Assembly: GCA_001789635.1 (NCBI GenBank)
Contig: MGAF01000026.1
Span: forward strand, 5,055 to 69,054
DNA from: Candidatus Roizmanbacteria bacterium RIFCSPLOWO2_01_FULL_35_13
Lineage (GTDB): Bacteria > Patescibacteriota > Microgenomatia > UBA1406 > GWC2-37-13
DNA length: 64,000 nt
Direction of reading: 5' to 3'
Of this stretch, positions 25,829 through 34,815 are shown piece after piece. Each line of letters opens with the position of its first letter. Position 1 is the first letter of the stretch. A model generated the notes under the pieces. The model ran no database searches and was not told the origin of the DNA. It saw only the letters and a program-made list of their open reading frames with translations. A program made the position numbers and the translations under genes.

Positions 25829-26725
25829 ATGAGATACCCCAAAATATTAGAGTTAGGAGCCACACCGATTTTAGATATTTTTAAATACGATGTAATCGTG
25901 GAGGAAAAAGTCGACGGATCGCTTTTCCGTTTTGGAAAAACAAAAAAAGGAGAGTTTTTCATGGGCAGCAAATCTGTGGATATCTATGAGGATAACATTC
26001 CAAAAATGTTTGAGAAAGCCTGCAATTACGCCTTAAAGATAAAAGATAAAATTACTAATGGTTTTGTTTTTTTTTGTGAATATCTGGAAAAACCAAAACA
26101 TAATGTTTTAGTCTACGGAAGAATTCCTAAAAATAACCTGATGCTTTTTGAAGTGTGGGACGGGGAAAAATTTTTGTTTGAAATAAAAGAAAAATGGGCT
26201 AAGAAATTTAATATAGAGACGAGTTCAGTTTTATTTAAAGGCAAAATAAAATCAGTTGAAGATATAAATCATCTCTTGGAAAAAGAAAGTCTTTTGGGAA
26301 AAGAAAAAGTCGAAGGTCTGATTGCAAAAAACTATCGCGATTTTTATCTTCTGGGCGGCAAAGCCGAGCCGATGTTTGGGAAATATGTCAGAGAACAATT
26401 TAAAGAGCGCCACGCTACAGAATGGAAAATTAAGACAACAAAAGGAAAACTGGAATCCTATATTGAAAGCTTTAGGAATGAAAACCGCTGGATGAAGGCA
26501 ATCTTTCATTTACGCGATCAGGAAAAATTAGAGTTTGAACCCCGTGATATTGGAAAATTACTTAAAGAAGTTGAAGGAGATATTAAAGAAGAAGAAAAAG
26601 AAAAAATTAAAGAATATTTGTACAGAAATTATATCGATCAGATTATCCGTACAGCTACCAAAGGCTTTCCGGAATTTTATAAGAAGTGGCTATTGGAGAG
26701 AGGATTAAAAGTTAAAAGATCTTAA
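25829..26725 (+). CDS. ATP-dependent RNA/DNA ligase-like nucleotidyltransferase
   Basis: Motif I EEKVDGSLF (KxDG), FCEYL, EGLIAKN. Confidence 0.6.
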   Translation: MRYPKILELGATPILDIFKYDVIVEEKVDGSLFRFGKTKKGEFFMGSKSVDIYEDNIPKMFEKACNYALKIKDKITNGFVFFCEYLEKPKHNVLVYGRIPKNNLMLFEVWDGEKFLFEIKEKWAKKFNIETSSVLFKGKIKSVEDINHLLEKESLLGKEKVEGLIAKNYRDFYLLGGKAEPMFGKYVREQFKERHATEWKIKTTKGKLESYIESFRNENRWMKAIFHLRDQEKLEFEPRDIGKLLKEVEGDIKEEEKEKIKEYLYRNYIDQIIRTATKGFPEFYKKWLLERGLKVKRS

Positions 26726-27145
26726 AAATTCGTCAGGAGTCAGTGACTCTAGTTCTTTAAATTGTTTAAATCCTTTATCGTAAGTTATGAGAGTGTTAAT
26801 TTTATAACGTAAGGAAGAAGCAATATGAATAAAATCCCTACTTTCAACTTGTTTAAGATGTGCATACTTTTTTAATAAGACTAAATACAAATTAATTGTT
26901 TCTTTATCAACTGGAAGCAACAATTGAATAAGCTCCAGGAGAGTATTTGCGGTTTTTAAACCAGTAGTAATTTTCTTAGTTTTTTTAGAAAGATGAATAA
27001 TTTCTTGGATAGTTTCCGTACTAGTTGCTAAATCAATGTTTTTTTTTAAAGAATACTCTAAAAGATTATTGCATTTTGAGAAAAATGGAGAATTGGCTTG
27101 GCTTGAATAGACGAAGATATTCGTATCCAAATAAATCGTATTCAT
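26705..27145 (-). CDS. vapC: PIN-domain toxin
   Basis: IYLDTNIFVY N-terminal PIN motif, and ITYD near the C-terminus. Confidence 0.75.
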   Translation of the reverse strand: MNTIYLDTNIFVYSSQANSPFFSKCNNLLEYSLKKNIDLATSTETIQEIIHLSKKTKKITTGLKTANTLLELIQLLLPVDKETINLYLVLLKKYAHLKQVESRDFIHIASSLRYKINTLITYDKGFKQFKELESLTPDEFLRSFNF

Positions 27146-27405
27146 AATAGATGACTTTCGTATCTGGATTCAAAGATCCTTTTCATTTTTTTTATAGACA
27201 TACTTGGTAGTCCGATTTGGCTTAATTCCTTTAGAGCCTTCAGTTTTCGTTTAATATCATTTTTGTCATTCACATTTTCTAACTTAACCTTCATTAATTT
27301 TCCGCTCTTTTTAAGAAATACCTCTTTTCCTTGCTCCGCTCGTTTTATAAACTCAAAAAAATTTTGTCTTGCTTGAGTTGGTGTAAATACAGTTTGATCT
27401 TGCAT
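27142..27405 (-). CDS. Phd/YefM-like antitoxin
   Basis: TPTQARQNFFEFIKRAEQGKEV. 4-bp overlap with the PIN gene. Confidence 0.6.
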   Translation of the reverse strand: MQDQTVFTPTQARQNFFEFIKRAEQGKEVFLKKSGKLMKVKLENVNDKNDIKRKLKALKELSQIGLPSMSIKKMKRIFESRYESHLL

Positions 27406-27462
27406 ATGTACATAGTGTACAGCTGCTGATTTTATTTGTCAACTGGTAAAATTATACTTATT

Positions 27463-28098
27463 ATGAAGCCTCTAATTATTTTTTTCGACTGTGATGGAGT
27501 TTTAGTTACCGATCCTCTTTGGCCAAAATTACATCGGGCGGTCGGGCTTCCTATAGATTTGGATAAAAAATGGTATGGAGAATTTTATGCAGGCCAAATC
27601 AGCAATGAACAGTGGGTGAAAAATCTCACTGATTTTTACAGAAAACAGAGGCTTAATAAAAAATTATTTGAGAAAACACTTAGTGACATTAAAATTAATC
27701 CGGAGGCTTATGAAATTATTAAGTACTTAAAAAGTAAAAAGATTAAAACCGCGATTATCTCAAGCGGAATTGACTATTACATTGAAAAAGTAGCCCGTGT
27801 ACTAAATTTTGACTATTGGAGGGCAAACGCTACCTTTCATTTTAATAAAAAAGGCTTATTTACTAAGATAGATTATCTAACTGATGACCCAACAGCCAAA
27901 GTTGTTCAGGTAAAAGAAATTTGTTCACTACTTAAAGTAAAATCTACAGAAACAATTTTTGTCGGGGACTCAGATAATGATCTCGCAGCTTTTAAGCTAA
28001 CAAAACACGGAGTCTTATATAGAGGAAAAAACAAAGATCACGAAAAACTTGCCTGGAAAACAATAGAGAATCTGGCGGAATTAAGAAAAATGTTTTAA
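27463..28098 (+). CDS. HAD-superfamily hydrolase (SerB-like)
   Basis: FFDCDGVL (DxDxV) and GDSDNDL. Confidence 0.7.
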   Translation: MKPLIIFFDCDGVLVTDPLWPKLHRAVGLPIDLDKKWYGEFYAGQISNEQWVKNLTDFYRKQRLNKKLFEKTLSDIKINPEAYEIIKYLKSKKIKTAIISSGIDYYIEKVARVLNFDYWRANATFHFNKKGLFTKIDYLTDDPTAKVVQVKEICSLLKVKSTETIFVGDSDNDLAAFKLTKHGVLYRGKNKDHEKLAWKTIENLAELRKMF

Positions 28099-28179
28099 TC
28101 GTTTTTAATATTGACATCTATGGAAAAAGTAGTAAACTTTAAATAAAGTTATACTTATTATTAAAAGTTAGAAAAGAAT

Positions 28180-28479
28180 ATGCTTTTACCACAAATAGTT
28201 GATGTTTCGGAAAAAGGTCAAATTTTGATACCTGTAGCAATAAGAAAAGCTTTGGGAATTCGGCCAAAAGGCAAAGTCTTTCTGTATCCAAAAGTTGAAG
28301 AAAAAAAAATGTTGTTGGAACCGCTTGAGGGAAACGATATTATTGAGTCAACTTTCGGAATGTTAGCTAAGGATAAATCCAGAGGAAAGTCGATGACGCA
28401 AAAGTTGCTTGAGGAAAGACGTCGAGACCTTGCGGGGGAAGAAACGACATTTATTCACCGGGATAAAAAGAAAAAATGA
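28180..28479 (+). CDS. AbrB/MazE/SpoVT-type antitoxin
   Basis: SEKGQILIPVAIRKALGI. 4-bp overlap with the PIN gene. Confidence 0.7.
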   Translation: MLLPQIVDVSEKGQILIPVAIRKALGIRPKGKVFLYPKVEEKKMLLEPLEGNDIIESTFGMLAKDKSRGKSMTQKLLEERRRDLAGEETTFIHRDKKKK

Positions 28480-28880
28480 AAAGCAAAATAGTATTGGACA
28501 GTTATGCAATTTTGGCCTATTTGGAAAACGAATCCGGCGGAGTCTTGGTAAAGAAAATTCTTAATAACGTAAAAAAAGTAAATTCGATTTTATTTTTATC
28601 CTTTATAAATCTGGCCGAAATATATTATTCAGTAATCCGCGATCATGGAATAAATACTGCAAAAACCACCTTGAGTACAATAAGAAAAATGCCAATAAAA
28701 ATCGTTTCAGCTACCGATGACCTAGTTCTAAGAGCGGCCGAGGTAAAAGGATTCTATTCTATCGCTTTAGGTGATTGTTTTGCGGTTGCTTTAGCTCTCC
28801 AGGAGAAAGCGACGATTTTAACCGGTGACCCTGAATTTAAAAAAGTAGCGAAGTTGGTAAAGTTGAAATGGTTGATTTAA
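28476..28880 (+). CDS. vapC: PIN-domain toxin
   Basis: VLDSYAILAYL..., GDCFAVALA and LTGDPEF are PIN acidic-residue contexts. Confidence 0.7.
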   Translation: MKSKIVLDSYAILAYLENESGGVLVKKILNNVKKVNSILFLSFINLAEIYYSVIRDHGINTAKTTLSTIRKMPIKIVSATDDLVLRAAEVKGFYSIALGDCFAVALALQEKATILTGDPEFKKVAKLVKLKWLI

Positions 28881-28994
28881 AGACAAAAGTGATAAATTTT
28901 TAAATTCAAATTTAAAATAAGACAAAGTTTTTCAATAAGAATGAATTTTTTTACTTTTATCAAAAAATAGCGATTTTTGTTAGAAATGGTCATT

Positions 28995-29969
28995 ATGAAA
29001 ATTTCTATAAAAGAACTTGAAAAATTTATTAAAAAAGCACTCTTAAGAAAATACGATGAAAAAGAAACAGATTTAATTACTAAAGTTGTGATGTTTGGTG
29101 AACTTTCAGGTAAAACTTCACATGGAATTGTTCGTTTAGAAGGTATTCTTGCAGAAAAACCTAAGGGAAAACCAAAATTAATTTCAAAAACAAAAGTTTC
29201 TTCAATTATTGTGGGAAATGGGAATCCGGGAATGTTGATTGGATCGCTTGCGATGGATGAAATAATACGATTAGCAGAAGAAAACAGCGTAGGTTTTGTT
29301 GGTGCAAGAGGTACTTTTTCTTCATCTGGATCACTCTCGTATTATTTGGAAAAAATAGCTAAGGCAAATCTTATAGCAATCATAATGGCTCAGTCTCCAG
29401 AGTCAACACCACCATTGGGAGGAATACAGCCTCTTTTTGGAACAAATCCCATTGCTTTCGGGTTCCCCTCTAAAAATAATCCCTTTATTTTCGATATGGG
29501 TACATCCGCAATTAGTTATGGCGCATTATTAAAAGCAAAAGCTCTCGGGCAAAATATTCCGAAAGATTCTGCAATAGATAAGGATGGTAATATGACCACT
29601 GATCCAAATAAAGCGATTGATGGTGCAACTCTACCTTTTGTTAATTCATATAAGGGTGCAGGACTCGCAATGATAGTAGAGATATTAGCAGGACTATGGC
29701 CTAACGCTTGGTTTACCATTCATAATAAAACTGCCGGTTGGGGGAATATTTTTATTGCAATGTCTCCAACCTTATTAATGGATGAACATGAATTTAAAGA
29801 AAAATTAAGCTTAATGATCGAAACAGTAAGAAATTCAAAAACTAAAGACGGAAATAAAGTAAGAATTTCAGGAGAAAAAACTATTATTACAAGAGATAAA
29901 AACTTAAAAAGAGGTTACGTAGAAATAGAAGAAGTTTTAATTAATAAATTAAGAAAGTTCATAAATTAA
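28995..29969 (+). CDS. Ldh_2 family (malate/L-lactate/sulfolactate-type) dehydrogenase
   Basis: GKTSHGIVRL and the overall family layout. Confidence 0.65.
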   Translation: MKISIKELEKFIKKALLRKYDEKETDLITKVVMFGELSGKTSHGIVRLEGILAEKPKGKPKLISKTKVSSIIVGNGNPGMLIGSLAMDEIIRLAEENSVGFVGARGTFSSSGSLSYYLEKIAKANLIAIIMAQSPESTPPLGGIQPLFGTNPIAFGFPSKNNPFIFDMGTSAISYGALLKAKALGQNIPKDSAIDKDGNMTTDPNKAIDGATLPFVNSYKGAGLAMIVEILAGLWPNAWFTIHNKTAGWGNIFIAMSPTLLMDEHEFKEKLSLMIETVRNSKTKDGNKVRISGEKTIITRDKNLKRGYVEIEEVLINKLRKFIN

Positions 29970-29974
29970 TTTAG

Positions 29975-30916
29975 ATGAAAATTACTATTTTCAACCCGCA
30001 ATCAGATTTTTCAAAGAGTCAGCAAAAACAACTCAGTTCATTAGGAGAAGTTGTCTATACTAAAAATCGCGAAGAGTTATCATTAGATAAACTTTTAAAA
30101 ATGGCGGGGGGGGCAATCATAGGAGTTGACCCAGATCCATTAGGCGGTTTTGAAAAAGCTAAAGAAAAATTAACTAAAGTTATGGAGTCTCTCCCCAGTC
30201 TTAAAGGTATTTGTCTTTCTACGACATCTTTTGGTTGGGTGGATTTAGATTACTGCAAAAAAAGAAAAATTACCGTAAGTAATATTCCGGGCTATTCTAG
30301 AGAATCGGTCGCAGAACACGCAATTACAATATTACTCGGACTGGCAAAAAGAATTTTTGTATCAGATAGAAGAACTCAAAAAGGTAAATTCATTTTGGAT
30401 AAAGGGTTTGAACTGAAGGGAAAAACTCTAGGCATTATAGGCTTGGGAAATATTGGAAGTAGAGCTGCCGAGCTAGGAAATGGAATTGGCATGAAAGTAA
30501 TTGCTTATAACCGTTCTCCAAAGAAAATGAAAAATGTAAAAATGGTAAATATGGATTTTTTACTAAAAGAAGCAGATGCAATTTCTCTACACACTACTCA
30601 TGAAGAAAGTAATAACCATATGATTGGTAAAAAAGAGCTTATGAAGATGAAGAAGGGTGTGATTGTAGTGAATACGGTAGATAGAGAATTAGTTGACGAG
30701 ACAGCAATGGCACAAGCGTTAAAATCAGGAAAGGTTGATTCTTATGGATATGAAGGAGAAGATTTAGTAAATACTCCACTAGCTAAATTGGAAAATGCAA
30801 TCGGGTTAAAAGGGTTCGCATGGTATACCAAGGAAGCTCTTGAGAATCTATATAAAATTTGGGTAGCTAATCTAATAGCTCTATCTAAAAATAAACCTCA
30901 AAATCGTGTAGTTTAA
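29975..30916 (+). CDS. D-isomer-specific 2-hydroxyacid dehydrogenase
   Basis: Rossmann motif GIIGLGNIGSRAA. Confidence 0.8.
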   Translation: MKITIFNPQSDFSKSQQKQLSSLGEVVYTKNREELSLDKLLKMAGGAIIGVDPDPLGGFEKAKEKLTKVMESLPSLKGICLSTTSFGWVDLDYCKKRKITVSNIPGYSRESVAEHAITILLGLAKRIFVSDRRTQKGKFILDKGFELKGKTLGIIGLGNIGSRAAELGNGIGMKVIAYNRSPKKMKNVKMVNMDFLLKEADAISLHTTHEESNNHMIGKKELMKMKKGVIVVNTVDRELVDETAMAQALKSGKVDSYGYEGEDLVNTPLAKLENAIGLKGFAWYTKEALENLYKIWVANLIALSKNKPQNRVV

Positions 30917-30941
30917 ATTATTTCTTTCTTTTTCTTCTAAT

Positions 30942-31340
30942 TTATTCATCTAATTTTTTTGAGTGTTTTTTTAACCACGAAGATATTTTTTCCAGATTCC
31001 ATTTTTTATTTTCAATGCTTAGTGCTGTTGAAACCAAATTGTCTTGTGTTGTTGAAAAAGAGTAACCGTTCAGTTCGAGGAATACCAGTGCTGAAGCAAT
31101 AGCGTTTCTTTTATTTCCATCGACAAAAGGATGGTTGAGGAGTAATGAATGGATGAGGGAAGCGGCTTTATCAAATATTGAAGGGTAAAGATCTACTCCT
31201 CCAAAAGTTGTTTGTGGTCGAAGTATAGCTGATTCAAGTAATGCAAAGTCACGAATTCCATGACTACCTCCATATTTGTCTATTTGATCTTCATGAATTA
31301 ATAATATTTGTTCGAGTGTCAGATAAATTATTGTTCTCAC
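30942..31340 (-). CDS. doc: Doc (death-on-curing) toxin, Fic fold
   Basis: HPFVDGNKRNA motif. Confidence 0.85.
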   Translation of the reverse strand: MRTIIYLTLEQILLIHEDQIDKYGGSHGIRDFALLESAILRPQTTFGGVDLYPSIFDKAASLIHSLLLNHPFVDGNKRNAIASALVFLELNGYSFSTTQDNLVSTALSIENKKWNLEKISSWLKKHSKKLDE

Positions 31341-31342
31341 AT

Positions 31343-31591
31343 TTATTTAGTCCTGGCAAGAGCTTTAAAAGCGGGTTCGTACTTTTTATTTATTTTTTCA
31401 ACCACTCTAAGAAAATCAGGAGTTATCGAAGATGCAGATTTTTTACCATTTTTACTTAGAGTAATAGTATTACCGTTCGGATCTTTTTGTACAAAAACTT
31501 TATTTCCAGGTTTTAAGCCAGTATCAGTCATTATTTTTTTGGGAATAATAACTCCGTAAGAATTGCCGATTTGTATGATGGTTTGTTCCAT
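31343..31591 (-). CDS. AbrB/MazE-type antitoxin partner of Doc
   Basis: IQIGNSYGVIIPKKIM, 2 bp upstream of doc. Confidence 0.7.
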   Translation of the reverse strand: MEQTIIQIGNSYGVIIPKKIMTDTGLKPGNKVFVQKDPNGNTITLSKNGKKSASSITPDFLRVVEKINKKYEPAFKALARTK

Positions 31592-31638
31592 AGTTATAAC
31601 TTATGTTATAACGCCAAAGAATAAAAGTCAAATGAATT

Positions 31639-32172
31639 TTAGATGAGTTTTTCTTCGAGCAGAACTTTAACCCAGGGAGCCATTTTAATTTCCAATTTCC
31701 AATTTCTAATTTCTAATAGATTAACTAATCTATAACCGTAGGCGAAGTCGTAGTTGGGAGTGGGGAGATTTTTCAGAGTTCCTTCATAGATATAGTCGAT
31801 TTCGTGATCATAAAAGACACTCTGAGGATCTTTGGCTTTGTAGTAAATCTGACCGATTTTTTTGGGAACTGCAGTTAAACCTGATTTTTCCAGATTCCAC
31901 TCTCTTTTTAATGTTTTGTAAATTGCTGTTAAATCATCTTCTAAGGTGTCGTTAATAAATATCTGATGTGACGAAAAAGAAAGGTCAAAGTAACCGTCAA
32001 AGACCGGATGCCTGCGGTGTTGGATAACAATTTTATCCTGAAAATAAAGAATCATGGTGAAGGCTCGGTGCAAAACTGCTTTTTTGTGAGCCTCCCACTT
32101 TTCCACTTTTCCGATTATTTTATCATTTTTATCAACTTGAGCAATAAATTGTTTTTCTTTGTAATAATCCAT
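31639..32172 (-). CDS. Nudix-fold protein, isopentenyl-diphosphate isomerase-like
   Basis: HKKAVLHRAFTMILYF...SFSSH resembles the type 1 IDI N-terminal pattern. Confidence 0.45.
   Translation of the reverse strand: MDYYKEKQFIAQVDKNDKIIGKVEKWEAHKKAVLHRAFTMILYFQDKIVIQHRRHPVFDGYFDLSFSSHQIFINDTLEDDLTAIYKTLKREWNLEKSGLTAVPKKIGQIYYKAKDPQSVFYDHEIDYIYEGTLKNLPTPNYDFAYGYRLVNLLEIRNWKLEIKMAPWVKVLLEEKLI
31686..31716. repeat. Tandem heptamer array AATTTCC AATTTCC AATTTCT AATTTCT inside a CDS
   Basis: Read directly from the sequence. Encodes ..EIRNWKLEIK.. near the C-terminus of ORF 31639..32172. Confidence 0.8.
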
Positions 32173-32215
32173 TGAGATATTATAACAGATTAACTATTTA
32201 AGTTGTTATACCAAC

Positions 32216-32244
32216 CTTTTTTTCAACCGCAGCGGTTGAAATTT
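32216..32244 (+). repeat. CCAACCTTTTTTTCAACCGCAGCGGTTGA repeat (copy 2)
   Basis: Identical to the reverse complement of 20757-20785. Confidence 0.7.
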
Positions 32245-32261
32245 AAGTTGTGGTAAGGCTT

Positions 32262-33089
32262 TTAAGTGTGGAGCTTTTGGGACTTTTTTCTCAAAAATAA
32301 TAAATAGATTATTAGTATGTAAATACCCATGATTGCTAATTTTATGAAACTAAATTGCTGCTCAAGGCCAAAGATATTTTTGACAAAATGGCCTATAAAC
32401 GATGACTTTTCGGGTAAAAAAGTTAACTTCATAGGGAGAATATTTGCAAGATTAATATCAAAGTACACTTCGAACAATTCTGTAAATCCATTTTTTACAA
32501 AAGAAGCGCCTAAAATTACAATTAGATATTCGGTTATTTTAAAAACTTTACTGATCGGGAATTTTAAATAAGCGAGAAACGTTAAAACTCCAAGAACTGA
32601 TGAAAGTGCAAATCCTACAAATAGTCCTGCAAGATTTTCCATAAATTTGGAAAAAAGAGAGGTGGTAGCAGTGAACAGGGCAATCTCAAAGCCTTCCCTG
32701 ATAATAAAAAAAACAATAGTCAGGAATAAAGATATATCAAAGATATTTTTCTGCAATTTTTGGTGTGCGTCAATGATTGTCTTCGATCGTTTTAAGACAA
32801 AAAAATTATGTAAAGAAAAGATTACATAGGCGATGAAAAATCCGGAAAATATCATGAGGTATCCTTCGAGCAGGTCGGCATTTTTTTCGGTAAGGATTTC
32901 CCTGGCTTTATCTCCAAGCAGAAAAGTTGTGATCGGTAGCATGAAGGATATAGCTATTCCAATAATACTGGCCAGGACAATTTCTTTTTCTCTATGTATT
33001 TTTAGTTTTCTGGATATGCCAAGAAAAACGCCAATGATGAGAAAAACCTCAAGGAATTCACGCAGTGAAATCACCAAAGTTGTCAACAT
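32262..33089 (-). CDS. FTR1-family iron permease
   Basis: Two RExxE-type motifs (LREFLEV, IREGFEI) in TM helices. Confidence 0.75.
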   Translation of the reverse strand: MLTTLVISLREFLEVFLIIGVFLGISRKLKIHREKEIVLASIIGIAISFMLPITTFLLGDKAREILTEKNADLLEGYLMIFSGFFIAYVIFSLHNFFVLKRSKTIIDAHQKLQKNIFDISLFLTIVFFIIREGFEIALFTATTSLFSKFMENLAGLFVGFALSSVLGVLTFLAYLKFPISKVFKITEYLIVILGASFVKNGFTELFEVYFDINLANILPMKLTFLPEKSSFIGHFVKNIFGLEQQFSFIKLAIMGIYILIIYLLFLRKKSQKLHT

Positions 33090-33125
33090 AAGATTGTATA
33101 ATAAACAACAATTAGGAATTAGTGC

Positions 33126-33180
33126 TATTGTTCGAGCTTGTCGAGAACAAATTCTTCTCGACTAATCGCTCGAAGAATAA
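33126..33180 (+). repeat. TATTGTTCGAG..CTCGAAGAATAA miniature inverted-repeat element (copy 1)
   Basis: Terminal inverted repeat TTATTGTTCGAG/CTCGAAGAATAA and internal hairpin GTCGAGAA..TTCTCGAC. Confidence 0.7.
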
Positions 33181-33205
33181 TGTTCTTTTATTATAATAAT
33201 ACCTT

Positions 33206-34324
33206 ATGTATGATCCTCGAGTCAAGAAAGTAAGGGAGACATTAGCGGAAAAAAATATTGATTCTTTATTGGTTTCAAATTTCTACAATATTTTTTACCT
33301 GACAGGATTCAAAACTCTTACTACCGATGAGAGGGAAGCTTTTATTTTGATAACAAAGAATAGTGTCTACCTTTTTTCTGATGAACGATATATTTCAAAG
33401 AATTTCCCTGCCTCGCCGGCAGGCAGGCAATTACCAATTTCTAATTTCCAATGTAGATTAATCGAACCGGGGAAGGGATTGATTTTTCATCTGCAGGAAA
33501 TCATTAAGAGTGAACAGATAAAAACTCTGGGATTTGAAGCAGAAGATTTAAAATATTCAGAGTATCAAAAAATAAAGGAATTTTTGGGAAATGTTAATCT
33601 AACTTCAACAGACAGATTAATCATAACCATCCGTGAAATAAAAGATCAACAAGAAATAGATTTGGTTGAAAAAGCTTGTGAGATTGGAGATCAGTGTCTA
33701 TCGGACATAATCAAAATTATTAAATTTGGTGTTTCGGAAAAAGAAATTGCGTTCAAGATGGAGATGTGGATTAAAGAGAAAGGTTATGATATCTCGTTTG
33801 ATCCGATTGTGGCGATCGATGCCAACTCTGCAGTTGCTCATTACAATACCAAAACCGGAGAGGGAAAAATTAAGAACGGTTCGGTTATACTTTTGGATTT
33901 CGGGGTTAAGTATAAAGACTATCTTTCCGATATGACGCGGATGGTTTTTTTTGGAAAGTCAAACAATGAAGTAGAAAACGCATATCAAGTTTTATTGAAT
34001 GCACAGGAAAAAACAGTTGAAAAAGTCGCAGATTTTGATTTTTTAAAAGATATTGATAATTTTTGCCGAAAACAGATAACTGACAGCCGATTACCAAATT
34101 ATCCTCACTCTACCGGTCACGGGGTAGGACTTGAAATACACGAATATCCAAAAGTTTCTTTTAACTCTCCTGACCGAAAGATTATAGGACAGGTTATAAC
34201 TATTGAACCCGGAGTTTATTTTCCCGGTAAATTCGGAATGAGAGTGGAGGATATGGTAGTAATCGACAAAGACTTAAAACCAAAAATCCTGACAAAATTC
34301 CCAAAGACTTTATTGATTATTTAA
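33206..34324 (+). CDS. Xaa-Pro aminopeptidase (M24B)
   Basis: HSTGHGVGLEIHEYP, and VEDMVVI near the C-terminus. Confidence 0.85.
   Translation: MYDPRVKKVRETLAEKNIDSLLVSNFYNIFYLTGFKTLTTDEREAFILITKNSVYLFSDERYISKNFPASPAGRQLPISNFQCRLIEPGKGLIFHLQEIIKSEQIKTLGFEAEDLKYSEYQKIKEFLGNVNLTSTDRLIITIREIKDQQEIDLVEKACEIGDQCLSDIIKIIKFGVSEKEIAFKMEMWIKEKGYDISFDPIVAIDANSAVAHYNTKTGEGKIKNGSVILLDFGVKYKDYLSDMTRMVFFGKSNNEVENAYQVLLNAQEKTVEKVADFDFLKDIDNFCRKQITDSRLPNYPHSTGHGVGLEIHEYPKVSFNSPDRKIIGQVITIEPGVYFPGKFGMRVEDMVVIDKDLKPKILTKFPKTLLII
33406..33453 (+). repeat. In-frame composite insertion in the M24 peptidase gene: GC-rich palindrome plus heptamer array (encodes PASPAGRQLPISNFQ)
   Basis: CTGCC-TCGCC-GGCAG, then AATTTCT AATTTCC. 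The GGCAGGCAATTA end matches the EamA copy (GGCAAGCAATTA). Confidence 0.6.
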
Positions 34325-34343
34325 CCCACCTTACGTAGAGTTT

Positions 34344-34415
34344 TATTGTTCGAGCGTAGCGATTAGCGAAGTCGAGAACTTCTCGATTCGGCTTTCAGCC
34401 TCACTCGAAGAATAA
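34344..34415 (+). repeat. TATTGTTCGAG..CTCGAAGAATAA miniature inverted-repeat element (copy 2)
   Basis: Same termini and the GTCGAGAA core as 33126-33180, in direct orientation on the other side of the peptidase gene. Confidence 0.7.
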
Positions 34416-34430
34416 AGTGTGCAATATGAG

Positions 34431-34814
34431 TTATTTAAGATGAGATTTTGTCTTTGAAAGGAGTTTTTCAACATATTCGATGAATTCTTTAGCTTTTTTA
34501 TAGATTTTTTGAGCAAGTTCTTCTTTATAAGTGTGGACTGTAAGATTCCTGTCTTTAAGAAATTCAAACCAAACAGAAGGATCATCAATTAATCCCAGTT
34601 TTGCAGCTTCGCGGATTATAGTTTTTACCCCATAAACAGCTATGTCATTTTCGCGCTCAATTGACTGCATTACTTTCCAACATAGTTCAAAAGTAAACTC
34701 AAAGCGTTGGATGGTCGCATCCTGATTAATAATGGTAGATGGGAGATTGGAGGCCTCTTTCAATCGTTTAAAAGCTTTCTCCAAATCTTCATATTGGGTT
34801 TGTAGTTTTGTCAT
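34431..34814 (-). CDS. HEPN-type nucleotidyltransferase substrate-binding protein (HI0074 family)
   Basis: Typical helical protein (RFEFTFELCWK), paired with the MNT gene upstream. Confidence 0.7.
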   Translation of the reverse strand: MTKLQTQYEDLEKAFKRLKEASNLPSTIINQDATIQRFEFTFELCWKVMQSIERENDIAVYGVKTIIREAAKLGLIDDPSVWFEFLKDRNLTVHTYKEELAQKIYKKAKEFIEYVEKLLSKTKSHLK

Positions 34815-34815
34815 A

